Origin: Candidatus Methanosuratincola verstraetei
Lineage (GTDB): Archaea > Thermoproteota > Methanomethylicia > Methanomethylicales > Methanomethylicaceae
Reading direction: 5' to 3'
Assembly: GCA_049570475.1 (NCBI GenBank)
Contig: CP186953.1
Location: forward strand, 544,001 to 608,000
Length of the DNA: 64,000 nucleotides
Shown here: positions 30,188 to 38,026 of the stretch, one piece after another
Layout of the letters: the number at the start of each line of letters is the position of its first letter
Numbering within the stretch: the stretch's first letter is position 1
Notes under the pieces: generated by a model
Databases searched by the model: none
What the model was told of the DNA's origin: nothing
The model's input: only the letters and a program-made list of their open reading frames with translations
Made by a program: the position numbers and the translations under genes

Positions 30188-30535
30188 TCAATCGCCCTTG
30201 AATGAATTCTTCCTGATCTTGTCAGATAGATCCAGCTTCGTGACCATTACCTTGGATGGGGAGATCTCCACAGGTATAGTGGTACCATCCATCTTCTTCG
30301 CATTGACCCCCTCGACCGTTATCCGCATCTTAGAGGTGTCGACCGAGGCAACCTTCCCTTCGTGACCCTTGTAGTCCCCCCTGGTGACTAGGACGGTGTC
30401 ACCTTTCCTCAGTGAGACTGTCCTCTTTCCGTACTTTGACCTGAGATCCTTTGAGAGTGGCGAACGGATCTGTCGCTTCCTGTACATTGGTTCATCCAGC
30501 AACTTCTTTTGTTTCTTCGGCTTCACGCTCGACAT
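30188..30535 (-). CDS. rpl24: Ribosomal protein L24 (uL24)
   Basis: LSKDLR.KYG.R, GD.V.V.RG..KG.EGKV, PSKV. Confidence 0.95.
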   Translation of the reverse strand: MSSVKPKKQKKLLDEPMYRKRQIRSPLSKDLRSKYGKRTVSLRKGDTVLVTRGDYKGHEGKVASVDTSKMRITVEGVNAKKMDGTTIPVEISPSKVMVTKLDLSDKIRKNSFKGD

Positions 30536-30545
30536 TCGGGTTCAC

Positions 30546-30974
30546 CTACACCACCATGGAGGCCAGCCCCGCTACCTTGGGCCACCTCTCGGCCGCCTCC
30601 TTTGCTACCGGTCCCCTTATCTCGGTACCTTTCGTTTCGCCTTCTTCAGTAACAATGACCCCTGCGTTGTCCTCAAACTGGATCCAAGTGCCGTCCATCC
30701 TCCTGAAAGGTTTCTTCTGCCTGATTATGACGGCGTGGAATATCTGACGCCTAACCTCAGGGGTCCCTTCCTTGACTGAGATGATCACCTTATCGCCTAC
30801 GGTTGCGCTAGCGACCCTCCTGATGCGGGTCTTGGTCCTTGGCACCCCTATTATTTGTAGGACCTTGGCTCCACTATTGTCTGCGCATTTGAGCAACGAC
30901 TCGTGCTCGAGGCCTGCGCTGATTCCAGGCCTGTATGTGATTCCTCCTCCTAAACCCTTTCCTCGCTTTGCCAT
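30546..30974 (-). CDS. rpl14: Ribosomal protein L14
   Basis: CADNSGAK, FEDNA, GPVAKEAAERWP. Confidence 0.96.
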   Translation of the reverse strand: MAKRGKGLGGGITYRPGISAGLEHESLLKCADNSGAKVLQIIGVPRTKTRIRRVASATVGDKVIISVKEGTPEVRRQIFHAVIIRQKKPFRRMDGTWIQFEDNAGVIVTEEGETKGTEIRGPVAKEAAERWPKVAGLASMVV

Positions 30975-30976
30975 CC

Positions 30977-31297
30977 TCAGACACCTGCCTTCTTCTCTAC
31001 AACAACATAGGAAACGGTCTTGCTGAGGGGCCTGCATTCCATTATCTTGACTAGGTCACCCTTTGCAGCGTGGATGCATGGCGGGTTGTGCGCGTGTATC
31101 TTGCTCCTCCTCTTCCCATACCGGTTGTACTTCGGGAAGTAGTGGAGGTAGTCGATCTGAACTACGACGGTCTTGTTCATTTTGTCGCTAACCACGACGC
31201 CTGAAAGCACGGTTCCCCTTGTGGAAAGCGTCCCGTGGACGGGGCAGTCCTTGTCCCCGCACGATTCGGTTTTCAACTCTTTAGCTGACTGGGACAT
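30977..31297 (-). CDS. rps17: Ribosomal protein S17
   Basis: [26 protein letters not shown]. Confidence 0.96.
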   Translation of the reverse strand: MSQSAKELKTESCGDKDCPVHGTLSTRGTVLSGVVVSDKMNKTVVVQIDYLHYFPKYNRYGKRRSKIHAHNPPCIHAAKGDLVKIMECRPLSKTVSYVVVEKKAGV

Positions 31298-31300
31298 CTC

Positions 31301-31582
31301 TCAATGCCTCCTCTGCAACCTCTTTAGCCTCTCTTCCGGGGTCAGTGCGATCTCTCGTCCTTCGACGACAACTTCATCCGGAATGAAGAAAGAGAACCTT
31401 GATATCATTTTCGGGATCATCACCCTTCGCGCGGATCCTGTTGTAGACACCACGAGCATTTTTTCGGTCTCATCCACGACTGTCCCTGAAATGCCCAACT
31501 GGGAGGGGTCAGTAGATCCGACCACGCTCACCCTAAGGCCTATCAGCTCGTTGTATAAGATGTTCTCAGGCATCACATTCAT
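31301..31582 (-). CDS. rnp1: RNase P protein Rpp29
   Basis: ELIGL, G.VVDET, IPK...F.F, PEERL. Confidence 0.92.
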   Translation of the reverse strand: MNVMPENILYNELIGLRVSVVGSTDPSQLGISGTVVDETEKMLVVSTTGSARRVMIPKMISRFSFFIPDEVVVEGREIALTPEERLKRLQRRH

Positions 31583-31821
31583 GCTTTTTGAGCCTCCTGT
31601 CCGACCTCTGTCTTCCTGATGCCCAATTCCTCCTCGCGCTCGACTGTGTGGAATCGGGCTATCGTCTTCCTCAGCAGCCTTATCCTCGATGGGTTCTCCA
31701 ACGATCCGCCCATCGCCTTCGCAGTCATGAGCTTGGAGAGCTCAACCTTTAGCTCGTTCAGCTTGGTCTTTCTCTCTTCCTTGGGCATCTTCCTGATCTC
31801 GTTAATCCTGAAAATAGCCAT
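31579..31821 (-). CDS. rpl29: Ribosomal protein L29
   Basis: EIRKM...ER...L.EL, ENP.RIR.LRKTIAR..T. Confidence 0.94.
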   Translation of the reverse strand: MAIFRINEIRKMPKEERKTKLNELKVELSKLMTAKAMGGSLENPSRIRLLRKTIARFHTVEREEELGIRKTEVGQEAQKA

Positions 31822-31830
31822 GTGCACCAC

Positions 31831-32442
31831 TCACTCCGCTGCAGCCTGTTTTGGCTCTGTGAGATGGATGTCGTCTATCGTGTTGACCGGCAGGTATATG
31901 CTGACCTGTATGCCGAACATCCCAGGCTTCAGCTGGACATGCGTTACAGCCCGGTCAACGGCATACTTCCTTGGCTCCCCTGCCTTGAGGACTGCGCCGG
32001 ATTTGAACTTCTCATATCTCGCCCGCTCAGTCGAAAGTTTGCCCCTTATCACGATCTCGGCCCCGCGCGCACCAGCCTCCATAATCTGCCTGAGCGCGAT
32101 AAAGGCAGCCCTCCTGAAGTGTATCCCCCTCTCGAGGGCTGAAGCAACCCTGCCTGCCATGATCCTGGCGTTCAGCTCGGGGTTCTGGACAGGGATTACT
32201 GCAATCTGAGGGCTCTCGAGCTGGTACTTGGACTCGATGACCTGCGCGAGCTCGCGGATCGTTGCGCCCTGCCTGCCTATGACCATCCCTGGGCGCTCGG
32301 CGTAGATCACAACGCGGTTGCCGAGCGGGGTTTTTTGGAATTCGACTCCCGCATAGCCGGCTCTCTTCAGCTCGTTCCTAAGGTAATTGTCTATGATCAT
32401 ATTCTTAGAAAGTTTATTGATGAAAAATTTCATTACGCTCAA
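31831..32442 (-). CDS. rps3: Ribosomal protein S3
   Basis: KH domain PGMVIGR.G, LERG.HFRRA, GA.G.EI..GKL. Confidence 0.96.
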   Translation of the reverse strand: MSVMKFFINKLSKNMIIDNYLRNELKRAGYAGVEFQKTPLGNRVVIYAERPGMVIGRQGATIRELAQVIESKYQLESPQIAVIPVQNPELNARIMAGRVASALERGIHFRRAAFIALRQIMEAGARGAEIVIRGKLSTERARYEKFKSGAVLKAGEPRKYAVDRAVTHVQLKPGMFGIQVSIYLPVNTIDDIHLTEPKQAAAE

Positions 32443-32444
32443 AC

Positions 32445-32918
32445 TCAGGCTTCCTCCTCGACAACAATCTCGACATGGGTAAGCGGGTGGTAGAACGGCG
32501 TGGCCCGGCCGAATGCCCTTGGGATGTAATTCCTCATGCGCAGCCCAGCCTGGGCACAGGCATGCACTATCTTAAGGCGCTCGCTGTCAAGGCCCTTGTT
32601 CTCCGCATTTGCCTTCGCGTTCTTGAGGATCTTGATGATCTCAGAAGACGCTTTAACAGGATACCTGCCCGAAGGGATACCCCACCTCGCTGCAATTTCG
32701 GAGTGGTGAGGGACGTTCGAGTTGAACCTCCTGTACGGAACACCTTCCTTCTTCTGCACCACGCGCTCGAGATAGCTTATCGCATCGTCTAGGCGCATGT
32801 TCTTGATGGTAGCACAGATCTCCCTGGCCTCCTTTGGCGAGATCCTGAGATCCCTGCCACTGGCTTTAGCCATCCGGTCAGGGTCAATTTCGACCATTGA
32901 ATATCCCCATTCAGGCAT
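32445..32918 (-). CDS. rpl22: Ribosomal protein L22
   Basis: ISPK...EIC, GRYPVKA, PRAFGRA, HVEIV. Confidence 0.96.
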   Translation of the reverse strand: MPEWGYSMVEIDPDRMAKASGRDLRISPKEAREICATIKNMRLDDAISYLERVVQKKEGVPYRRFNSNVPHHSEIAARWGIPSGRYPVKASSEIIKILKNAKANAENKGLDSERLKIVHACAQAGLRMRNYIPRAFGRATPFYHPLTHVEIVVEEEA

Positions 32919-32977
32919 CGGGAACACTTCCAACCTCTATCATAGTTCAGATTGCACAGTTTACAACTTGGGGGGGC

Positions 32978-32992
32978 TATAAAAAGTTTTTC
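32978..32992 (-). promoter_or_regulatory. BRE/TATA internal promoter upstream of rpl22
   Basis: GAAAAAC-TTTTTATA on minus strand, after T-rich tracts that follow the S19 stop. Confidence 0.55.
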
Positions 32993-33047
32993 ACAAAAAA
33001 TGGAAGGGCGAATCCAAGCCCAACCGGAAAAGTGGCAAAATAAAAAA

Positions 33048-33449
33048 TTACTTGAGCGGGATGAACATCGAGCTCCTCGTGGCCTTCAGACCTGGAGCGC
33101 CGTGCGTGACCTTGGCTGTCGTTATGGCGAACTCGCCAAGATACTTGCCCACCATCTCAGGCAGTATCTCGACAGGGACGAACTCCTTGCCGTTGTGCAC
33201 AGATATGGTAAGCCCGATCATCTCAGGCAGTATTATCATGTCCCTGCAGTGGGTCCTGATCACCACTTTCTTGCCCTTCGAGGTCTTGGCCTTCCTTATC
33301 CGCTCGAACAAGGCCCTCTGCTCAGGGGTTAGACCCCTGAGAAGGGATCTCCGCTGCCTGCTGGGCAACAGCCTGATGAACTCATCCATAGGCATGCTCG
33401 CGAGCTGAGCGGCAGTGTATCCGCGGTAAGTGAATTCCCTATATGCCAT
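33048..33449 (-). CDS. rps19: Ribosomal protein S19
   Basis: [41 protein letters not shown]. Confidence 0.96.
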   Translation of the reverse strand: MAYREFTYRGYTAAQLASMPMDEFIRLLPSRQRRSLLRGLTPEQRALFERIRKAKTSKGKKVVIRTHCRDMIILPEMIGLTISVHNGKEFVPVEILPEMVGKYLGEFAITTAKVTHGAPGLKATRSSMFIPLK

Positions 33450-33477
33450 ATCTCTCCCTCCTCCATTTCACTCCATA

Positions 33478-34200
33478 TCACTTCTTTGTCCTGCCCGTGC
33501 GCCTTGAGGCGATGATCCCGACCTTCTGCCCTGGCGGTGCATTCCTCGCGACTGGCCTGCCTCCCTTCGGGTGTGCTCCGCCGCCGTGCGGATGCGCATA
33601 TGGGCTCATTGCCTTGCCCCTGACACGCGGGTACTTGACCGACCTGGCCCTGTACTTGTGGTAGTTCGCTCCGGCCTTCAGCACCGGCTTCTCTACGATC
33701 CCACCAGAGGCGACGATGCCGACGGTCGCGCGGCACTCCTGCGGGAAGGTCTTTATCCCGCCCGAGGGGAATTGGCACAGCACCCCTTCAGGGGTGTGCG
33801 AGACGACAGTTGCATAGCCCCCAGCAGACCTGACATACCTGCCTCCGTCGTTAAGCTTGCCCTCTATGTTGCAAACCATAGTACCCTCGGGCACGCTGCT
33901 CAGCGGCAGGACGTTACCCACGTTTACTGGGGCTTTTGAACCGAAGTAGATCTTTTGCCCGACAAAGCAACCCTCTGGTGCGATCATGAGCAAAGTCGCG
34001 CCAGACTGCGACTTGACGGACATCACTGGAGCGGCCCTGCCTGATTCGTGCATTATTTCCTGGACTGTGAACTCAACGCTCCCAGACTTTTCCTCCTCCG
34101 TGATCTGGGGGTACCCTACCTTGCCTAGCCTCCTCCACGAGGGGGATTTGAACACGGATCCCCCGCGACCTCTCCTCTGAAGAACTTGTCTCTTACCCAT
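33478..34200 (-). CDS. rpl2: Ribosomal protein L2
   Basis: MGKR...QRRGRG, PRVRG.AM....HPHGGG, PPGQKVG.IA.RRTGR. Confidence 0.97.
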   Translation of the reverse strand: MGKRQVLQRRGRGGSVFKSPSWRRLGKVGYPQITEEEKSGSVEFTVQEIMHESGRAAPVMSVKSQSGATLLMIAPEGCFVGQKIYFGSKAPVNVGNVLPLSSVPEGTMVCNIEGKLNDGGRYVRSAGGYATVVSHTPEGVLCQFPSGGIKTFPQECRATVGIVASGGIVEKPVLKAGANYHKYRARSVKYPRVRGKAMSPYAHPHGGGAHPKGGRPVARNAPPGQKVGIIASRRTGRTKK

Positions 34201-34209
34201 TTAAAACAC

Positions 34210-34476
34210 CTACAGCAGACCCAATTTTGTGGCCAACTCGGATGCGCTGAATTCCTTCTCTAGGGCCACGACAGCCTTCTTTTCCGATCTCGTAGTTATC
34301 ATAGTCCTCACGGACTTGACCTTTACGCCATACAGCTTCTCCACTGCCCACTTTATGTCCGCTTTGTTTGATCTCATGGAAACAATGAAGGTAAGCTTGT
34401 TCTCGCGCTCCATCCTCTCTAACGCGGACTCTGATGAAACAGGCCCGATGATTACGTCAGCAGGTTCCTTCGACAT
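34210..34476 (-). CDS. rpl23: Ribosomal protein L23
   Basis: ENKLTFIV, NK.DIK.AVE.LY.VKV, KKA. Confidence 0.95.
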   Translation of the reverse strand: MSKEPADVIIGPVSSESALERMERENKLTFIVSMRSNKADIKWAVEKLYGVKVKSVRTMITTRSEKKAVVALEKEFSASELATKLGLL

Positions 34477-34486
34477 TTCTTGCACC

Positions 34487-35293
34487 TCATTGGTAAATCT
34501 CATTCAGCCTCTTTATTGCGGACTCGGTCCAGACCGTGAGCCTCCCCGGGTGCCCGCCTGGTGCCAGGCGCTCGACATTGAGCTCGGTGACACCCACGCA
34601 CTCCACCCCTGTGAAGTTCCTTGAAGCGAGCCTTATTGGGGAATCGGGGTCGTCTACGACGATCAGCAGGGACTTTGGCTTAATCCATCTCCTGCCGCGG
34701 CGCTTGCCCTTCCCGGACCTCTCCCTTACCCCCTCCTTTGCCCTCAACACGTCGTGGATTAGGGAAGCCCTCTCGAGGAAGCCGCGAAGCTCCGATGCCT
34801 TCTTCAGGTCCTTTATCTCGTCTGAAACGACCACGGGGAGGGAGATGTCGGTAGTAATTATGTGCCCCCTCTCGATCACGGCCTCAGGATCAGAGGTGGC
34901 TGCAATTGCAGACATAAGCGCAAGCCTGCGCTCCTTCTCGTTTATCCGCTCATGGTACTTCTTTTCAAGGCTCGGAGGGAACGCAAGGCGACCCCCGACA
35001 ACATTGGGGACGAAGGCGCCTGCCCCTGAGGCAGGGTTGTGTTCGCCCTTGACCCTTGGGACGCGCGCCAAGTCCAGCCCGACTCCAAGGCTCTCAGCGC
35101 TGGTGCGCTTGCCCGCATCGTAGTCGGTGGTCCTGGGGACTATCCTAGCTGTCTGGCTCGAGATCACCGCGCGACGGATGAGGTCGGGCCTCAGGTCAGT
35201 CTCGAAGACCTCCGGGAGCTCAATCTCCCCCTTGACCGACCCGTCTATGCCTATTACCTTTGCTACTCTCTTCGTGGTTACTTCTGATGACAT
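34487..35293 (-). CDS. rpl4: Ribosomal protein L4
   Basis: RPDLIRRAV, AG.RTSAES, GGR.AFPP, LAPGG.PGRLT.WT. Confidence 0.96.
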   Translation of the reverse strand: MSSEVTTKRVAKVIGIDGSVKGEIELPEVFETDLRPDLIRRAVISSQTARIVPRTTDYDAGKRTSAESLGVGLDLARVPRVKGEHNPASGAGAFVPNVVGGRLAFPPSLEKKYHERINEKERRLALMSAIAATSDPEAVIERGHIITTDISLPVVVSDEIKDLKKASELRGFLERASLIHDVLRAKEGVRERSGKGKRRGRRWIKPKSLLIVVDDPDSPIRLASRNFTGVECVGVTELNVERLAPGGHPGRLTVWTESAIKRLNEIYQ

Positions 35294-35296
35294 TCA

Positions 35297-36307
35297 TCAT
35301 ACCCCCTGCTTCGAAGCCAGATCCACCGCGACGAGCTTCGGAGGCTCGATCTTCTCGACCTTAGACCTGACAGGATACCTGATCCTGACGAGCCTCTTTG
35401 ACGGGCCTGGGATTGAACCCGCCACAAGGATGTAGTCGGCGCTAACCAAACCGTAGTGCAAGAAACCTCCGGAGACATTGATCTCGGCAGGGTTCTCACC
35501 GATCTTCAGGATGAGCTTGTTGTACTCGGTACGCTGGTGGAATCCCATCTTGCCAGGTCTCGGAATAGTGAACATCATGTGCGGCTTTGAAGGGCTTATT
35601 GACCCGACAACCCGCTTTCCTTTCCGGTGCTTGTGCCAGTTCGGCTGTATCTTGACGCCGAAGCGCTTCACAGCGCCCTGGAAGCCCTTACCCTTTGTGA
35701 TTGAGATCACGTCGACGTATTGACCCTCATTGAAGAGGTCCTTCGCCCGGATCTCCTTGCCAAGCAGAGATTTCGCGTACTCCAGCACTGCCTTTATGTC
35801 GTCTCCATCGACCTTTATCTCAAGTATCTCGGGCGTCTTCTTTCCGAATCCAGCCTTGTATGGCTGGGTCAGCGCCAACACCCGGATCTCTGCGACATTG
35901 TCCAGGTTAGCCTCTATCGAAGCCTGCACTGGGGACGGATCATATTCCTCGGAGATGTTCAGAACCCTGTCTGCATTCTTGGGGAGCGACTTTGCCATGA
36001 CCTCTGCAAGAGCCCTAAGACCCTTGCTTGTGCGAACGTACGCCCTGTATCCGTAAACGTAAATCGGGGGGACTTCGAGCACAGTCACCGCCCGCATTAC
36101 CTCCTTCCCGAAGAGCGGGCTCTTCGGCCTGTTGTCGACCATTATGACGTGGGTTGATCCTACTTTGTAACCGGCAAAGCCAAGGAGACGGGGAGCGCCT
36201 GCGACCTTGGGCCAAGTCCTTATCCTGCCAGAAATGCGTCTAGCGCGCACTCTGGGGTAGTACATCAACGAGCCCCTGCGCGGCGCACTCTTACTTCGAT
36301 GTCCCAT
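35297..36307 (-). CDS. rpl3: Ribosomal protein L3
   Basis: PRRGSL, GYK.G.TH, TKGKGFQG.VKR, G.MGFHQRTEYNK. Confidence 0.97.
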   Translation of the reverse strand: MGHRSKSAPRRGSLMYYPRVRARRISGRIRTWPKVAGAPRLLGFAGYKVGSTHVIMVDNRPKSPLFGKEVMRAVTVLEVPPIYVYGYRAYVRTSKGLRALAEVMAKSLPKNADRVLNISEEYDPSPVQASIEANLDNVAEIRVLALTQPYKAGFGKKTPEILEIKVDGDDIKAVLEYAKSLLGKEIRAKDLFNEGQYVDVISITKGKGFQGAVKRFGVKIQPNWHKHRKGKRVVGSISPSKPHMMFTIPRPGKMGFHQRTEYNKLILKIGENPAEINVSGGFLHYGLVSADYILVAGSIPGPSKRLVRIRYPVRSKVEKIEPPKLVAVDLASKQGV

Positions 36308-36428
36308 GAATAGACCTCCAGCCTAAACTTGCCTGTTGATAGCAGTAATACTAAAATATATTTCTATCCGTCGCCGGGCTGTAAACGTGATTGCGAAGTT
36401 TCATGGGGCATGCGGGGCAACGCAGGGA

Positions 36429-37298
36429 TCAAAGGTTATCAGGCTTGTCCTTGCTTTCTGTGGGCCCGGCTGATCCGCCTATGAAGTCGATCAGGGCAAG
36501 AGCGATCATTATGGCCTCCTCGGTTCTTATAGTCGCAGTGCCCTGGTCCGGGGCGAGGTTTATGGTCATGTCTACCAAGTCCTCCAGAGATGCTCCCTCC
36601 CTCGCGAGTATCTCGTGCAGGCCCTCCCTAGGCGAACCAAAGATCAGCGAGATGCTGCGTCGATCTGAAAAGGCGCGCGAAATTCGCCCTGCCACTTGCG
36701 AGACTGGAGTGCCCAGCCTCGAGGTTGCGATGATCACCCCAGAATGGCGTTCAGACAGTATCTCGCGCAGCGGCCTCTGTTCGATTTGCACCGCGTAACC
36801 CCAGTACAGCGGCACCGAGTCCCTAGGCACTGGCACCCAAGCACCCTCTTCTCGGCGCATGGTGACCCTCGAGTTCCTGGGCATGGGGATCCTGCACCTG
36901 ACTGGCTCCCTGAGTCCGATGTCTATCAGGGATCCCTTCGCCCCGGATTCGAGGACGATCCCCTCCCTGTAATCGACATCAGACGATTCAAGGGGGTGGT
37001 GCGGGGTCCTCAACGGGGGGATTAGTCCGGCGAAACGGAGTTGCGGCGAGATGGGGAACAAGATCTTCCTGAGGTACTGCGGGGTCTCGGCATAAGAGAG
37101 CAGCGAGTGTATAAGCCTGGCGTCCTGCCTCCATTTGGACCCGTCCGGGTATATGACCAGCTTCTCGACCCTGAATATGGATGCAGCCCGGGCTATCTGA
37201 CCGACCTTGAAGGTCTTCTCGGAAAGGCTGGGCACATCAGAGAGGATTGATGAAGGGAAAAATACTGTGATGGGGTTGATCCTTCGTTCCATACCCAT
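36429..37298 (-). CDS. SPOUT RNA methyltransferase (C9orf114/DUF171 family)
   Basis: IARAASIFRV, Y.ETPQYLRK, PPLRTPHH, FGSP.EGL, QGT.TIRTEEA. Confidence 0.92.
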   Translation of the reverse strand: MGMERRINPITVFFPSSILSDVPSLSEKTFKVGQIARAASIFRVEKLVIYPDGSKWRQDARLIHSLLSYAETPQYLRKILFPISPQLRFAGLIPPLRTPHHPLESSDVDYREGIVLESGAKGSLIDIGLREPVRCRIPMPRNSRVTMRREEGAWVPVPRDSVPLYWGYAVQIEQRPLREILSERHSGVIIATSRLGTPVSQVAGRISRAFSDRRSISLIFGSPREGLHEILAREGASLEDLVDMTINLAPDQGTATIRTEEAIMIALALIDFIGGSAGPTESKDKPDNL

Positions 37299-37351
37299 TC
37301 CTCAGATGGAATTTAGGGCCAGGCAGCGCGGGGAGGGCGGTGAAATCTGCC

Positions 37352-37426
37352 CTATTGCTGCTTCTTCTCCTTGCTCTTCTCTTCCTTTACCTGGCTCAGG
37401 ATTGTAGTCCTCTGTCTGCCTCCCAT
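37352..37426 (-). CDS. Putative 24-aa small protein MGGRQRTTILSQVKEEKSKEKKQQ
   Basis: GAGGTG RBS 5 nt before ATG; TATA-like box ~39 nt upstream; co-oriented with the SPOUT-L3 cluster. Confidence 0.5.
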   Translation of the reverse strand: MGGRQRTTILSQVKEEKSKEKKQQ

Positions 37427-37464
37427 AATGACACCTCAAGGAAAGACTAAACCCCAGCAGACAC

Positions 37465-37477
37465 TATAAAGTTTATC
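37465..37477. promoter_or_regulatory. Overlapping divergent TATA boxes
   Basis: Plus strand ATAAAG-TTTATC; minus strand ATAAAC-TTTATA. Confidence 0.5.
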
Positions 37478-37500
37478 TCTATGCAGGAATAGAATATCAC

Positions 37501-37565
37501 GGCCGATGATGATTTTGCCGAGTTCGCAGAGCGAAAGCGATGCAGAAAAAAAGACAGCAGAGGCC
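37501..37565 (+). ncRNA. Candidate box C/D sRNA
   Basis: GGCC terminal stem, box C ATGATGA, guide TTTTGCCGAGTTC, D' CAGA, GC-GAAA-GC hairpin, degenerate C' ATGCAGA, D CAGA. Confidence 0.6.
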
Positions 37566-37583
37566 AAAAACAGGGTGGGTTTG

Positions 37584-37946
37584 ATGGAGATAAGCGCAAA
37601 GGACCTTGAAGGGCTCATCAAATATGCCAAAACCCAGTGCGAATCAAAGTGCCCGCAGGAGAGAGACGCGGAGACCTGCGTGAGGCTGATTGAGCTATGC
37701 GTTGAGATGGATCTTGAGCCCCCTATCTGCTACGAGGAGACTGAGGGGTTCTCGAGGAAGTTCTTCTCAGCCAAGATCAGGGAGATCGAGAAGAGGCGGT
37801 GCAAGCCGATCGAGGAGCTGCTTTCCGAGATAAGGAGCGGCGGCCCTAAAACCCTAGAGGATGAGATAGACAGGATAGACGGGGAATTTGCGATCGAGGC
37901 TTTGAGGGCCATAGACGCCCGTGAGAAGCCGAAGAAGCGCACCTGA
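37584..37946 (+). CDS. Cys-rich hypothetical protein
   Basis: 120-aa ORF with GGGTGG RBS; frame is also open from 37506. Confidence 0.65.
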   Translation: MEISAKDLEGLIKYAKTQCESKCPQERDAETCVRLIELCVEMDLEPPICYEETEGFSRKFFSAKIREIEKRRCKPIEELLSEIRSGGPKTLEDEIDRIDGEFAIEALRAIDAREKPKKRT

Positions 37947-38026
37947 GACGGCATTCTCCCCTGCATAATTTTTTAGGGAGGGGGAAAGTGAGATCAAGTA
38001 TCATTTGTGAATTCGGAGGAAATGCC

